Origin: an uncultured Alphaproteobacteria bacterium
Lineage (GTDB): Bacteria; Pseudomonadota; Alphaproteobacteria; HIMB59; GCA-002718135
Direction of reading: 5' to 3'
DNA: 64,000 bases
NCBI GenBank assembly: GCA_902615845.1
Contig: CACMQS010000006.1
Coordinates: 23,678 to 87,677 of the forward strand
Part shown: in pieces, positions 16,582 to 27,451 of the stretch
Layout: every line of letters starts with the position of its first letter
How positions within the stretch are numbered: the first letter of the stretch is position 1
Program-made: the position numbers and the translations under genes
Notes under the pieces: model-generated
Databases searched by the model: none
Seen by the model: only the letters and a program-made list of their open reading frames with translations
What the model was told of the DNA's origin: nothing

Positions 16582-18718
16582 TGTATTCAAAATTAATTAG
16601 TGATGTTGTTCCTGCCATATTTTTATTTTTCTCAATTTTTATTTTACCGCCATGATCTTCAATAATTCTTTTTACAATAGATAAACCAAGGCCAGTTCCT
16701 TTTGTTTTAGTTGTAAAATAAGGCTCAAATATTTTACTCAACATTTTTTCATCAATCCCCACACCATTATCCTTTATTTCAATTTTTATATTTTTAGCAT
16801 CAGTTGTCATTAATACTTCTACTGCAGGATTGGGTATTTTTTCCACAGCTTCAATAGCATTTTTAATTAAGTTACTGAAACATCTTGAGATTTGAAGAGT
16901 GTCAAAATGAAAATAAATATCATTTTCAGGTTTAATTAAATTAAGTTTTATATCCTTCCTTGTATTGAAATATAAAAGGTATGCTTCTTCTAAACATTTT
17001 GATAAATTATCAAGCTTAATTTCTGCTTCAGGCATTCTCGCAAAAGATGAAAATTCATCGACTAACTTTCCAATATCATCTACTTGCCTTGATATTGTTT
17101 TAGTTAAAAGTGAAATACCCTCCTTGTCTGTTTTTGCATCTAAATATTTCTTTTCTATTCTTTCAGCAGAAAGTTTAATGGGGGTAAGAGGATTTTTAAC
17201 TTCATGTGCTATCTTTCTTGCTATATCAGACCAGGCAGCATGTTTTTCTGCTAAAATTAAAGATGTAGCATCATCTAGGGCAACAACATATCCCTCAATA
17301 TTATTATCATTAATCTCTTTAATGACTCTAATATTAAAATTCCTCTGATCATCATATAATGTAAAATCGTATTGAAAATTTAATAATACTTTATTTGAGG
17401 TTTCAAAATTCTCAAATATTTTTTTCCATTCAGGGAAATAGTATAGAAAATTTTCATTTATTTTAAAAGTTTTAGTACTTCTAAATAGTTTTGTTAAAGT
17501 TTTATTGTATAACAAAATATTAAAATTTTTATCTAAAGAAATTACACCTATTGTTAAAAGGCTTAAGATCGCCTCAATAAAAATTCTTTTTTCTTCATCT
17601 TCCTGACTTTTTGATATTAACTCATTTTGTTTATTCTCAATTTCAGAAATCATTTTATTATAAGATGATAGTAATACTTTTATCTCCTGAAATTGATCTG
17701 TTTCACTAACTTTAGCATCAAAATTTCCTTCTGATATTTTATTTGCTGATTTAATTAAATTTGTAATTGGTTTACTAAGATTACTAGCTAGATTAAAACC
17801 AATCAAAATTGCCACTAATATAAAACAAATTGAGAAAAGAACAAATATCATTGAATAAGTTATTTGTATTCCTGAACTTTCCTCTTCTTTCATAGTATAA
17901 ATTTCAAATGCCTCTTTTGTAGCACTAATATGATCCCAAATATTTGTATTCAAATTTCTATTAACCTGCATGTAAACATCGTTTAAAAAATTTATTTTTT
18001 TATACGCAGTAATAGAATTTTTATCTAATTGAAAAATGTAAACACGGTTTTGATTAACAACTTTAAATATTTCGTTTGAGGGGAGAGAAAAATTTTCATT
18101 ATTAGGATCTTTAAGACTTAAGTAAATACTACCTTCGGTATTAAAAATATAAATACTTGAAATTGTTCTTAAGTTAATAAACTCACTTAAAGCTGTTCTA
18201 ATTGATTTAATATTAACCTCATTATTTTGAGAAACTTTTAATATCTCTCTCATTATTAGCTGAGTATCAGACACAATTTCTGCCTGAATCTCATTTTCGT
18301 AATTTTTTGCTACAATATTAGAATTAACAACCGCATCTCTTACAGCATCTCCGTACCAAGTTCTTAATTCTAAATTAAAGAATAATGATGTTATAATAAC
18401 TAAACCAATGGCTGGTCCTAAAGCCATTGCAGCAAATAAATTTACAAATTTTATATATAATCGAGATTCATCATAACTTTTTCTTCTTCTCACTAAAATC
18501 AGTACAATTTGTCTAATAATTATGGATATCAATAAAATGACAAAAATTACATCCGCCAATAAAAAAAATTGTAGTCTTCTTGGATCTTTTACTAGATCAT
18601 TATTTGGAAGCATTAAGTAGAATGTAATCGAAAAACTCAATATGATTAAAAAGATTAAAAAATAAAAAGATAATCTTGAAAGATGAATAGATTTAAGTAA
18701 TTTTGATAGGTTAAACAC
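16574..18718 (-). CDS. ntrY: Sensor histidine kinase NtrY
   Basis: N-terminal TM segments, a HAMP/PAS region, H-box HEVKNPLTPI, N-box NLIKNAIEA, and G-boxes DNGVGI and GTGLGLSIV. It has a GTG start. Confidence 0.92.
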   Translation of the reverse strand: MFNLSKLLKSIHLSRLSFYFLIFLIILSFSITFYLMLPNNDLVKDPRRLQFFLLADVIFVILLISIIIRQIVLILVRRRKSYDESRLYIKFVNLFAAMALGPAIGLVIITSLFFNLELRTWYGDAVRDAVVNSNIVAKNYENEIQAEIVSDTQLIMREILKVSQNNEVNIKSIRTALSEFINLRTISSIYIFNTEGSIYLSLKDPNNENFSLPSNEIFKVVNQNRVYIFQLDKNSITAYKKINFLNDVYMQVNRNLNTNIWDHISATKEAFEIYTMKEEESSGIQITYSMIFVLFSICFILVAILIGFNLASNLSKPITNLIKSANKISEGNFDAKVSETDQFQEIKVLLSSYNKMISEIENKQNELISKSQEDEEKRIFIEAILSLLTIGVISLDKNFNILLYNKTLTKLFRSTKTFKINENFLYYFPEWKKIFENFETSNKVLLNFQYDFTLYDDQRNFNIRVIKEINDNNIEGYVVALDDATSLILAEKHAAWSDIARKIAHEVKNPLTPIKLSAERIEKKYLDAKTDKEGISLLTKTISRQVDDIGKLVDEFSSFARMPEAEIKLDNLSKCLEEAYLLYFNTRKDIKLNLIKPENDIYFHFDTLQISRCFSNLIKNAIEAVEKIPNPAVEVLMTTDAKNIKIEIKDNGVGIDEKMLSKIFEPYFTTKTKGTGLGLSIVKRIIEDHGGKIKIEKNKNMAGTTSLINFEYNA

Positions 18719-18777
18719 TGTATACTTTAGTTAGTTTTTAAATAATGATAGTAAAACAGTATATTATATAAATTAAA

Positions 18778-19917
18778 ATGATGAAAAATGCACTTGTAAT
18801 TCTAGCTGGTGGAAAAGGAAAGAGATTTGGTCAAAAAATTCCAAAACAATTCTTAAAAATTGGGAATACAAATTTTTTAAATTATTTTATTTCAAATTTA
18901 GATTTATCAAACTTCGATATTATTAATATTTCAATAGATAAAAAATATCAAAACACTTACTTTAATCATAAGGCTATTTCTGAAAAAATAAAACTTACTT
19001 ATTCAAAACCTGGGCTTACAAGACAAATTTCATCTTTTAATGCTTTAAAAAATTTAAAAAAATTTAAAATTAAAAATGTATTAATACATGATGCTGCACG
19101 TCCTTTATGTAGTAATAAATTAATTAAAAAAATTATATCCAAATTAAGCAAAAATACTAATACAATTCCATACGTTGAATATAATGACAGACAATTAATA
19201 AAGAAAAGTAAATTAGAAACAAAAGTAATTAATGTGCAAACACCTCAGGGTTTTAATTATAATTTAATATTAAAAGAACATATCAAATATAAAAATTTCG
19301 AATTTAATGATGATGCAGGGCTATTACAAAAATCAAAAATAAAAATAAATTTGATCAAAGGTGAAAAAAATAATATTAAAATTACTTACCCAGAAGATAT
19401 TAAGTTATTTAATTTATACAGAAAGCCTATAACAAAATACGGTATTGGTTATGATATTCATCAAATTGATAAAAAAACCAAAAATGGATTAAAATTAGGT
19501 GGTGTTAAAATTCCTTTCTCTAAATTAATCGGTCATTCTGATGCAGATGTTGTACTGCATGCAATTTGTGATAGTATTTTTGGAGCACTCTCTATGAGAG
19601 ACATAGGTTATCACTTTCCAAACACAGATAAAAAATGGAAAAATGCAGATTCATCTAAGTTCATTATTTATTGTAGAAATAAACTTAAAGAAAAAGGGTA
19701 TTCTGTAATCAATCTAGATATAAATATAATAGCTGAAAAACCTAAAATTAATAAATATGTTTCAAAAATGATTAAAAATATTTCAACATTACTTCAAATT
19801 AAAAATACCTCTGTATCTATTAAAGCGACTACAAATGAAAAAATTGGTTTCATTGGTAATGGTGAAGGAATCGCAGCTGAGTCAATAGTTCATATAACAG
19901 ATGATAAAATTAGCTAA
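18778..19917 (+). CDS. ispDF: Bifunctional 2-C-methyl-D-erythritol 4-phosphate cytidylyltransferase / MECDP synthase
   Basis: The IspD N-terminus has LAGGKGKRFG. The IspF half has GIGYDIHQ and GHSDADVVLHAICD. Confidence 0.94.
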   Translation: MMKNALVILAGGKGKRFGQKIPKQFLKIGNTNFLNYFISNLDLSNFDIINISIDKKYQNTYFNHKAISEKIKLTYSKPGLTRQISSFNALKNLKKFKIKNVLIHDAARPLCSNKLIKKIISKLSKNTNTIPYVEYNDRQLIKKSKLETKVINVQTPQGFNYNLILKEHIKYKNFEFNDDAGLLQKSKIKINLIKGEKNNIKITYPEDIKLFNLYRKPITKYGIGYDIHQIDKKTKNGLKLGGVKIPFSKLIGHSDADVVLHAICDSIFGALSMRDIGYHFPNTDKKWKNADSSKFIIYCRNKLKEKGYSVINLDINIIAEKPKINKYVSKMIKNISTLLQIKNTSVSIKATTNEKIGFIGNGEGIAAESIVHITDDKIS

Positions 19918-20377
19918 TTTTTTTGTATCTTTATCTTTTGCTGGATATATTAAATTAATACCATCTGGAACCTTTGCATCTTTTTTATCAATAGTTATTT
20001 TATTTCCTATTGTTGAATACAAAATTATTTCTTTAGAAATATTTGTAGTTATTTTTTTTGTAATCTTTTTACTATCTTTATTTTTTATTAATAAATTCTC
20101 TTCACATACCCAATCACATGACTCAAAAATAATAGTTATTGATGAATTCTTAGGAGTATACTTAATTTTAATATTTTATGATCAAATTAAAATAATAAAT
20201 CCTTATGTAACAATAATGTTAATTTTTATTTTATTTCGTTTTTTTGATATATTGAAAATTTTTCCAGCCAACATAGTAGACAGAAAACTTAAATCAGCTT
20301 TTGGGGTAATTCTTGATGATTTAATAGCAGGAATATATACAGTAATAGTTCTTTATATTGCAAATGCCTATTATTAA
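19901..20377 (+). CDS. pgpA: Phosphatidylglycerophosphatase A
   Basis: IPSGTFAS, DEFLG, and FRFFDILKIFPAN...DDLIAGIY motifs in a 158 aa membrane protein. Confidence 0.88.
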   Translation: MIKLANFFVSLSFAGYIKLIPSGTFASFLSIVILFPIVEYKIISLEIFVVIFFVIFLLSLFFINKFSSHTQSHDSKIIVIDEFLGVYLILIFYDQIKIINPYVTIMLIFILFRFFDILKIFPANIVDRKLKSAFGVILDDLIAGIYTVIVLYIANAYY

Positions 20378-20828
20378 AAAAGTTATAGATAAATTAATAA
20401 ATAAAAATATCTCAATTTCAGTTGCTGAGTCATGCACAGGAGGGCTAATAGCAAACACTATCACAAAATACAGTGGAGTTTCAAAAATTTTCTCTTACGG
20501 GATTATTAGTTATTCAAATAAAGCTAAATCTAAATATTTATCTGTTTCAAAAAGTAATCTCTCAAAATTTGGAGCTGTAAGTAAAGAAGTAGCTGAGGAC
20601 ATGATAAATGGTCTGTACAAAAATGAAAAAACAAAAATCTGCATTTCTACAACTGGTATAGCAGGTCCTAATGGTGGGACAAAGTTGAAGCCAGTAGGAT
20701 TAGTATATATTGGAATTAAAGTTAATAAAAGTAATTATATTTTCAAGAAAATATACAAAGGAAAACGATTGGAGATACAGAGAAAAACTAGAGATTTTAT
20801 ATTTAGCAAAATTAATCAATTAATCTAA
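20364..20828 (+). CDS. pncC: CinA C-terminal domain protein / nicotinamide-nucleotide amidohydrolase
   Basis: ISVAESCTGGLIAN and TGIAGPNGG motifs. ATG 20364 is preferred over TTG 20358. Confidence 0.88.
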   Translation: MPIIKKVIDKLINKNISISVAESCTGGLIANTITKYSGVSKIFSYGIISYSNKAKSKYLSVSKSNLSKFGAVSKEVAEDMINGLYKNEKTKICISTTGIAGPNGGTKLKPVGLVYIGIKVNKSNYIFKKIYKGKRLEIQRKTRDFIFSKINQLI

Positions 20829-21257
20829 AATTTCATCAGCACGAACTTTAAATGATTCAATCATTTTGTTTTCAATTAAAGGAAAGAAAGCTTCAGCAAT
20901 TTTTTGGTGAAAAAATCGTTTAAATTCAAATTCAACATTAAAATGAATTCTTGTTTGATTTTTTTTTAATGATTCAAAAATCCAATTTGTTTTAAGGTCT
21001 TTTAAAGGTCCTTCAATATAAGTTGTACTTATTGAAAGTTTTTTTTTATCAAAAGTGACGTGAGAACCAAAAGTTTGGGGCATAAAATATTTATACCACA
21101 CGACCATATCAGCATATATTTCATTTTTATTTTTTGAATGAATTCTCATAGCTGAACACCAAGGAATAAAATATGGATAACTTTCGATATCTAAAACAAT
21201 ATCAAAAAGTCCTTTTGCGTCGTGATCAACTATTTCCTCTCTATTTGAAGATTTCAT
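20820..21257 (-). CDS. SRPBCC-fold protein (RatA / COQ10-like ubiquinone-binding family)
   Basis: 145 aa. Its size and its position immediately downstream of lipA are typical for alphaproteobacteria. The assignment rests on general fold resemblance only. Confidence 0.75.
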   Translation of the reverse strand: MKSSNREEIVDHDAKGLFDIVLDIESYPYFIPWCSAMRIHSKNKNEIYADMVVWYKYFMPQTFGSHVTFDKKKLSISTTYIEGPLKDLKTNWIFESLKKNQTRIHFNVEFEFKRFFHQKIAEAFFPLIENKMIESFKVRADEILD

Positions 21258-22189
21258 TGAATTGAATAAAGTTTATTTTTCCTATTTTCTTGCATGATTT
21301 TAAAATCATCAGAAGCATGATAACTTGAACGAGTTAGCGGTGATGATGCCACCATTAGAAATCCTTTTGCGTATGCCATTTTTTTATATTCATCAAATTC
21401 TTGAGGAGTAATAAATTTTTCTAGCTTAGCGTGTTTCGGTGTTGGAGGTAAGTATTGCCCTATTGTAATAAAATCAACATTAGCTGCTCTTAAATCATCC
21501 ATTACCTGATATACTTCTTCTTTAGTTTCACCTAAACCAACCATTAGACCGGATTTTGTAAATATACTTGGATTTTTTTCTTTAATTTGACTAAGTAAAT
21601 TTAAACTTACAAAGTAACGTGAACCCGGACGAATTGATGGATATAATCTTGGCACTGTTTCTAAGTTATGATTGAAGACGTCAGGTAAATTTTTAGATAA
21701 AATATCTATAGCTTCTGGTTTATTTTTAAAGTCAGGAGTTAAAATTTCAATTGTGCAACTTGGATTTAAAGATTTAATTGAATCTATTACGTTAATAAAA
21801 TGTAGTGCTCCACCATCTATTAGGTCATCTCTGTCAACACTTGTAATTACAACATGTTCTAAATTCAATTGCTTAACTGACTCAGCAATTCTTATAGCTT
21901 CACCGTGATCAATATAATGAGGTTTGCCAGTTTTAATATTACAAAATGCGCAAGCTCTAGTACATATATCTCCGAGTATCATAAATGTTGCATGTTTTTT
22001 TTGCCAACATTCAGCTATATTTGGACATGCAGCTTCTTCGCATACAGTTACAATTTTTTTGTCTTTTAGGAGTTTATTTGTTTCTTTGAAAAACTTTGAA
22101 GTTGGTGCTTTTACTCTAATCCAACTTGGTTTTTTAGGGATTGGATTTGATTTATTTTTAACTTTTTCAGGATGACGTGGTCCACTCAT
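21254..22189 (-). CDS. lipA: Lipoyl synthase
   Basis: Auxiliary cluster motif [13 protein letters not shown] and radical-SAM [10 protein letters not shown]. Confidence 0.96.
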   Translation of the reverse strand: MSGPRHPEKVKNKSNPIPKKPSWIRVKAPTSKFFKETNKLLKDKKIVTVCEEAACPNIAECWQKKHATFMILGDICTRACAFCNIKTGKPHYIDHGEAIRIAESVKQLNLEHVVITSVDRDDLIDGGALHFINVIDSIKSLNPSCTIEILTPDFKNKPEAIDILSKNLPDVFNHNLETVPRLYPSIRPGSRYFVSLNLLSQIKEKNPSIFTKSGLMVGLGETKEEVYQVMDDLRAANVDFITIGQYLPPTPKHAKLEKFITPQEFDEYKKMAYAKGFLMVASSPLTRSSYHASDDFKIMQENRKNKLYSIQ

Positions 22190-22194
22190 GTAGG

Positions 22195-23424
22195 TTAAAT
22201 AACTTCCATATCCATGCTATTCAACCATATTTGGAAGGGATCTTCCAAAATATCGCTAAAATCTTTGAGTAATTTTGCCGCAACGGCACCATCTAGTGAT
22301 CTATGATCTGCTGAAATAGTAGATTTCATTGTATGTCCTATTTCAATACTGCCAGAGTTCACAACAGGTTTTTCAATTATAGATCCAATTGCAATAATAC
22401 TTGATTGTGGCGGATTAATAATTGCTTGAAATTCTGTGATTCCAAACATGCCTAAGTTTGAGATAGTTATAGATCCTCCACTATATTCTTCTGGTAATAA
22501 TTTATTTTGATTAGCTTTTTTTACTAATGATTTAATTTCTGTTGAGATTTCAGCTAATCCTTTTGTATCGGCTTCTTTAACAATAGGTGTAATCAATCCT
22601 TCTTTTAACGCTACCGCTATTGCAATATCGATATTTTTATATTGATGAATTTTACCATTCACCCAAGAAATATTTGTTTCTGGATTTTTAGCTGTTGCCA
22701 TTGCACATGCTTTTACAATGAGATCATTAAACGAGATTTTGATATTACTATTTGAATTTATTTTGTTTCTTAAATTTATTAGCTTATCCATTCTTGTTTC
22801 AATTGTAAGATAAAAATGTGGAACCTCATTTTTTGTTTGTGTTGTTCTTTCAGCAATTATTTTTCTAATACTAGATGGCTCAATTACAGAAATATTTTCA
22901 TCATTGATATGAAGTTCAAAATTTTGAATATCTTTTTTTATTATCCTACCATCAGGTCCAGACCCTTTAATAAGAGTTAGATCAATATTGTTATCTTTCG
23001 AAAATTTTTTAACAAACGGTGAAGCAAAATTAGTATTTTGTTTAGTATTTGAATCTTTACTTCTTTCTATTATTTGACTGTTATCTACTTCAGTATTTAC
23101 TTTAGATGTTTCTGAAACTTCATTTTTTTCTTCACTGCTTACATTTTGATCTTTATCATTATAATCTTCTAATCTTTCATCTTTGTTACCATTGATTAGA
23201 GCAATGACAGAATTAACAGCAATTTGTTTATCAGGTGTTGTATCAATTAAATGTGTAATTTCTCCCTCATCAACTGCCTCAACTTCCATTGTTGCTTTAT
23301 CTGTTTCAATTTCAGCTAATATATCTCCAGCTGAAACAGTATCACCAATATTAACTAGCCACTTATTAATTACACCCTCTGACATTGTGGGTGATAATGC
23401 TGGCATTAAAACTTTAATTGCCAT
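22195..23424 (-). CDS. pdhC: Pyruvate dehydrogenase E2 (dihydrolipoamide acetyltransferase)
   Basis: Lipoyl domain with ETDKATMEV, an E3-binding segment, and the catalytic DHRSLDGA. Confidence 0.94.
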   Translation of the reverse strand: MAIKVLMPALSPTMSEGVINKWLVNIGDTVSAGDILAEIETDKATMEVEAVDEGEITHLIDTTPDKQIAVNSVIALINGNKDERLEDYNDKDQNVSSEEKNEVSETSKVNTEVDNSQIIERSKDSNTKQNTNFASPFVKKFSKDNNIDLTLIKGSGPDGRIIKKDIQNFELHINDENISVIEPSSIRKIIAERTTQTKNEVPHFYLTIETRMDKLINLRNKINSNSNIKISFNDLIVKACAMATAKNPETNISWVNGKIHQYKNIDIAIAVALKEGLITPIVKEADTKGLAEISTEIKSLVKKANQNKLLPEEYSGGSITISNLGMFGITEFQAIINPPQSSIIAIGSIIEKPVVNSGSIEIGHTMKSTISADHRSLDGAVAAKLLKDFSDILEDPFQIWLNSMDMEVI

Positions 23425-24804
23425 TTATTTTATATAACTTACTTTTTTTGCAGCATTTATAATATCATCAACTTGAGGAAGATATAATTTTTCTAAGCTC
23501 AATGCGTATGGCATTGGAACATCCGCACTATTAACTTTTATCACTGGTGAGTCTAAATAATCAAATGCATCCCTTTGAACAATATTTGCAATTTCAGAAC
23601 CAACACTACCAAATGGCCATGACTCTTCGACTGTGATTAATCTATTAGTTTTTTTAACTGAATTTAAAATTGTTTCTGTATCCAAAGGTCGTAAAGTTTG
23701 TAAATCAATAATTTCTATATCTAAATCGTATTCCTCTTTTAGTCTTAATGCAGCTTCTTTTGATTTCTGCAACATTATTGAATACGTAACGATCGTTAAA
23801 TCTTTACCTTCTTTTTCTATATTTGCTTTTCCAATTGGTATTGAGAAGTTAATGTCATTATTAACGGGACCTTTTAATCCATAAAGAATTTCATTTTCTA
23901 GAAAAATTACAGGATTTGGATCTGATATTGCAGATCTTAATAAACCTTTTGCGTTATAAGGAGTAGATGGCGCAATGACTTTTAAACCTGGTACTTGAGA
24001 ATACCAAGAAGAAAAATCCTGACTATGTTGTGCAGCAACTTGAGCCGCAGCACCATTAGGTCCTCTGAAAACAATAGGACAGTTAATTTGTCCTCCAGAC
24101 ATGTAAAGTGTTTTTGCTGCTGAATTTATTATTTGATCAATTGCTTGCATAGAAAAATTAAAAGTCATAAATTCTAAAATTGGTCTCAACCCCTTAAATG
24201 CTGCACCAACTGCTAATCCAGTGAAACCATGTTCGGAAATAGGAGTATCTAATACTCTTTGTTTGCCAAATTCCTGAAGAAGACCTTGCGTTACTTTATA
24301 CGCACCTTGATACTCGGCAACTTCTTCTCCCAATATGAAAACTTTATTATCTTTTCTCATTTCTTCAGCCATAGTGTCTCTTAGTGCTTGACGCATGGTA
24401 ATTTCTTCTGAGCTTAAATTTGTATCTTTTTCTATTTTAGGTGATGGTGTATCGATTATATTATCTTTCTTTGTCTCAATTTTTGTCTCAATATTTTTTT
24501 CAATTTTCTTTTCTTCAATCACTTTTTCTACGGGAGCTTCTTTTTTTACTTCAACTTTTTCATTTGGATCACCAATAATAGCTATAACTTTATTTACTGG
24601 AATATTCGCCTCACCTTCTTTAAATAAAAGATCAAGAACAACACCTTCATCTACCGCTTCAACCTCCATTGTTGCTTTGTCAGTTTCAATTTCTGCAATC
24701 AAATCACCAGCTTTAACAGTATCCCCTTTTTTAATTAACCACTTAGACAGATTACCCTCAGTCATTGTTGGAGATAATGCAGGCATTAAAATTTCTGTGC
24801 TCAT
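23425..24804 (-). CDS. pdhB: Pyruvate dehydrogenase E1 beta subunit with N-terminal lipoyl domain
   Basis: N-terminal lipoyl domain (ETDKATMEV), a Glu/Lys-rich linker, and a transketolase-like pyrimidine-binding core. It sits between pdhA and pdhC. Confidence 0.94.
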   Translation of the reverse strand: MSTEILMPALSPTMTEGNLSKWLIKKGDTVKAGDLIAEIETDKATMEVEAVDEGVVLDLLFKEGEANIPVNKVIAIIGDPNEKVEVKKEAPVEKVIEEKKIEKNIETKIETKKDNIIDTPSPKIEKDTNLSSEEITMRQALRDTMAEEMRKDNKVFILGEEVAEYQGAYKVTQGLLQEFGKQRVLDTPISEHGFTGLAVGAAFKGLRPILEFMTFNFSMQAIDQIINSAAKTLYMSGGQINCPIVFRGPNGAAAQVAAQHSQDFSSWYSQVPGLKVIAPSTPYNAKGLLRSAISDPNPVIFLENEILYGLKGPVNNDINFSIPIGKANIEKEGKDLTIVTYSIMLQKSKEAALRLKEEYDLDIEIIDLQTLRPLDTETILNSVKKTNRLITVEESWPFGSVGSEIANIVQRDAFDYLDSPVIKVNSADVPMPYALSLEKLYLPQVDDIINAAKKVSYIK

Positions 24805-24806
24805 AT

Positions 24807-25769
24807 TTATAAATAAACGTCCGTATAAAGCTCACTGTCCTTTGGAAAAGGACTATTAGTTGCAAATTCAGCAGCGTTTTTTATTTCTTCTAAAGTATCT
24901 TTATTAATTTTTTCAATTTCATCATTAGTTGCAATTTTTTTCTTTAAAATTTCTGCTTTAACTATTTCAATTGGATCAGTTTGCTTATAGTTATCTAGTT
25001 CTTCTTTCGTTCTATATTTTGCAGGATCTGACATTGAATGTCCTCTATATCGATATGTTTGTACTTCAATAATATAAGGTCCATTACCTTCTCTGACATA
25101 CTTACCTGCTTTATCTGCTGCTTCTATAACAGAGAAAACATTCATCCCATCTACCTTCTCACCAGGAATACCAAATGCCTCTCCTCTTTTATATAAATCT
25201 AATCCAGCTGCTGCTCTATCTACAGATGTACCCATTCCATATTTATTATTTTCAATAATATATAAAACAGGAAGCTTCCATAAAGCAGCTAAATTAAAAG
25301 CTTCAAAAACTTGTCCATTATTCATTGCTCCATCACCAATATATGTTCTGCATATATTTTTTTCTCCATTATATTTATGTGTGAATGCTATACCTGTTCC
25401 AATTGGTACTTGAGCTCCTACAATACCATGACCGCCATAAAAATTATTTTCCTTAGAGAACATATGCATTGAACCACCCTTACCTGCTGAATAACCATCT
25501 TCTCTACCAGTCAATTCTGCCATAATACGTTTTGGATCTAATCCCCTAGCAATCATATGGCCATGATCTCTATAAGTTGTTACAACTGAGTCATTCTTAT
25601 CAATTGTCATTAAAATCCCAACAACAACAGCTTCTTGACCAATATACAAATGACAAAAACCACCTATTTTACCCATTCCGTAAAGTTGAGCTGCTCTTTC
25701 CTCAAATCTTCTAATTTTGAGCATAAAAGAATACATTTTAATGTAATCGGCTTTTTGAAGTTTCTTCAT
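24807..25769 (-). CDS. pdhA: Pyruvate dehydrogenase E1 alpha subunit
   Basis: ThDP-binding motif GDGAMNNGQ...ENN, and [11 protein letters not shown]. Confidence 0.95.
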   Translation of the reverse strand: MKKLQKADYIKMYSFMLKIRRFEERAAQLYGMGKIGGFCHLYIGQEAVVVGILMTIDKNDSVVTTYRDHGHMIARGLDPKRIMAELTGREDGYSAGKGGSMHMFSKENNFYGGHGIVGAQVPIGTGIAFTHKYNGEKNICRTYIGDGAMNNGQVFEAFNLAALWKLPVLYIIENNKYGMGTSVDRAAAGLDLYKRGEAFGIPGEKVDGMNVFSVIEAADKAGKYVREGNGPYIIEVQTYRYRGHSMSDPAKYRTKEELDNYKQTDPIEIVKAEILKKKIATNDEIEKINKDTLEEIKNAAEFATNSPFPKDSELYTDVYL

Positions 25770-25782
25770 ATGATAATCTTTA

Positions 25783-25809
25783 ATTATAATTAGGGTGATT
25801 TTTTGTCAA
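25783..25809 (-). promoter_or_regulatory. Candidate sigma-70 promoter for pdhA: TTGACA-N15-TATAAT (minus strand)
   Basis: Both consensus hexamers are perfect (plus-strand tgtcaa 25804-25809 and attata 25783-25788). The spacer is only 15 nt, and the -10 element ends 13 nt before the pdhA ATG. Confidence 0.3.
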
Positions 25810-25819
25810 ATAAATCAAT

Positions 25820-26131
25820 CTATTCTATAATTATAACTGTTTCGTTTTCTGAAGTAAATCCTGTAACTTTCCTAAATGTCTCATCTAAATAGTCCAAATC
25901 TATAGTATTTGGTTGTAATCTTTTAATTCTATCTAGGTAAAATTCATTTTCTTTTTTTAAGGAAATATATTGTCCATTGTATTGAGCATTAAGATTTTTA
26001 AGACTAAAATATTTCAGTAATCCCCTCTCACCATTTATAAGAAAATAGAGAAGATAAACAAATAGAAAAAAAGTAAGCAAAAAAGATAAATAGAAATAAA
26101 ATTTATTTTTTAAAACTAAAGATTTATTCAT
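25820..26131 (-). CDS. ftsB: Septum formation initiator family protein (FtsB/DivIC-like)
   Basis: 103 aa with one N-terminal TM segment followed by a coiled-coil-like segment. It occupies the conserved position between eno and pdhA. Confidence 0.8.
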   Translation of the reverse strand: MNKSLVLKNKFYFYLSFLLTFFLFVYLLYFLINGERGLLKYFSLKNLNAQYNGQYISLKKENEFYLDRIKRLQPNTIDLDYLDETFRKVTGFTSENETVIIIE

Positions 26132-26170
26132 TTATTATACAAATAGCATATTTAAGATCGAAGCTGTCAA

Positions 26171-27451
26171 TTATTTATTATTTAAGACAGATGATCCAGC
26201 ATAATTTGCTTTACCTTGTAATGCTTCTTCAATTCTTAACAATTGATTATATTTTGCTGTTCTATCTGTTCTCGACAATGATCCTGTTTTAATTTGACCT
26301 GCTGAAACACCAACTGATAAATCAGCAATCGTCGTATCTTCAGTCTCACCAGAACGATGTGAAATTATAGTAGTGAAATTATTTTCTTTTGCTAATTTAA
26401 TCGACTCCAAAGTTTCTTTTAGTGTACCTATTTGATTTACTTTAACTAAAATAGAATTACCCGCACCCTCTGCAATACCTTTTTGTAATCTTTTTTTGTT
26501 TGTAACAAATAAATCATCACCAACTAACTGAACTTTTTTTCCTATTGTTGATGTTAAATTTGACCAACCATCCCAATCATCCTCTGACATTCCATCTTCA
26601 ATAGAATAAATTGGATAAGCATTTACCAATTTCTCCAGATATTTAATCATCTCATCAGAAGACAAAACAATTTTTTCTCCCTGTAAATCATATTTATTAT
26701 TTTTGTAAAATTCAGTTGAGGCAACATCAAGTGAAAGATAAATATCCTTTCCAGGTTTAAAACCTGCATCCTCCACTGATTTCAAAACTGTTTCTATGAC
26801 TTCACTAGAACTATTTATGTTAGGAGCAAATCCACCTTCATCACCAACATTTGTGTTTAAGCCTTTTGATTTTAAAAGTGACTTTAATGAATGAAATATT
26901 TCGCAACCATATTGAAGTGCATCTGAAAAATTATTTGCACCTATAGGAGCAACCATAAATTCTTGAATATCAACGTCGTTATCTGCATGTGATCCTCCAT
27001 TAATAATGTTCATCATTGGAACTGGAAGACTCATTGTATGCTCCTTACCGAGAAAAGAATATAATTCATGACCTTCAGAGGAAGCTAAACATTTTGCAAA
27101 AGCTAAGCTTGCAGCAAGAGTTGCATTAGCACCTAAATTTGATTTATTTTCCGTACCATCTAGTTCTAATAAAAAATCATCAAAAGAAGAAATATCTTCA
27201 AATGATTTTCCAACTAGTTCATTAGAAATTGTATCATTAATATTTCCTACCGCTTTCAAAACTCCTTTACCTAAATATTTGGATTTATCATTATCTCGCA
27301 ATTCTAGAGACTCATGCACTCCAGTAGATGCTCCACTTGGAACCGCAGCTCTTCCAAATGTAGAATTTTCAAATTCTATATCACATTCAACAGTAGGATT
27401 TCCTCTGCTATCTATTATTTGTCTTGCTTTTATATTAGTTATTTTAGGCAT
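26171..27451 (-). CDS. eno: Enolase
   Basis: SHRSGETED, IKxNQIGTL-type segment (VKVNQIGTL), and a typical N-terminus [16 protein letters not shown]. Confidence 0.97.
   Translation of the reverse strand: MPKITNIKARQIIDSRGNPTVECDIEFENSTFGRAAVPSGASTGVHESLELRDNDKSKYLGKGVLKAVGNINDTISNELVGKSFEDISSFDDFLLELDGTENKSNLGANATLAASLAFAKCLASSEGHELYSFLGKEHTMSLPVPMMNIINGGSHADNDVDIQEFMVAPIGANNFSDALQYGCEIFHSLKSLLKSKGLNTNVGDEGGFAPNINSSSEVIETVLKSVEDAGFKPGKDIYLSLDVASTEFYKNNKYDLQGEKIVLSSDEMIKYLEKLVNAYPIYSIEDGMSEDDWDGWSNLTSTIGKKVQLVGDDLFVTNKKRLQKGIAEGAGNSILVKVNQIGTLKETLESIKLAKENNFTTIISHRSGETEDTTIADLSVGVSAGQIKTGSLSRTDRTAKYNQLLRIEEALQGKANYAGSSVLNNK

Noticed and set aside
16965-17348. Other long antisense or alternative-frame track ORFs: 16965-17348 in ntrY, 37324-37722 in lexA, 50012-50374 in frr, 42530-42838 in lpxA, 52251-52553 in rpsB, 28553-28849 in pyrG, 11196-11420, 11377-11652, 10158-10358, 4402-4672, and others.
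   Set aside because: Each is fully embedded in a gene with strong family motifs on the other strand or frame. None has a recognisable motif of its own, and all have the skewed F/S/I/L composition expected of mirror frames. No independent evidence supports them.
18721-18763. Inverted hexamers TATACT ... AGTATA, 31 nt apart, in the ntrY / ispDF divergent spacer.
   Set aside because: The arms are only 6 bp, the spacer is long, and the composition is AT-rich. This is not distinguishable from chance.
23183-24859. Two plus-strand ORFs (23183-23437, 84 aa; 24395-24859, 154 aa). They share the string [17 protein letters not shown], which could suggest a repeated antisense gene family.
   Set aside because: Both are antisense to the lipoyl domains of pdhC and pdhB. 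The shared peptide is simply the mirror image of the duplicated [15 protein letters not shown] coding repeat. The frames are open because the sense strand there is poor in Leu and Ser codons that would read as stops in antisense. The composition is F/S/I-rich and low in complexity.
26134-26170. TTGACA (plus-strand tgtcaa 26165-26170) and TATAAT (plus-strand attata 26134-26139) upstream of ftsB, which look like a promoter.
   Set aside because: The hexamers are 25 nt apart, far outside the 15-19 nt range. The TATAAT lies only 2 nt from the ftsB ATG, so it could not yield a translatable ftsB mRNA.
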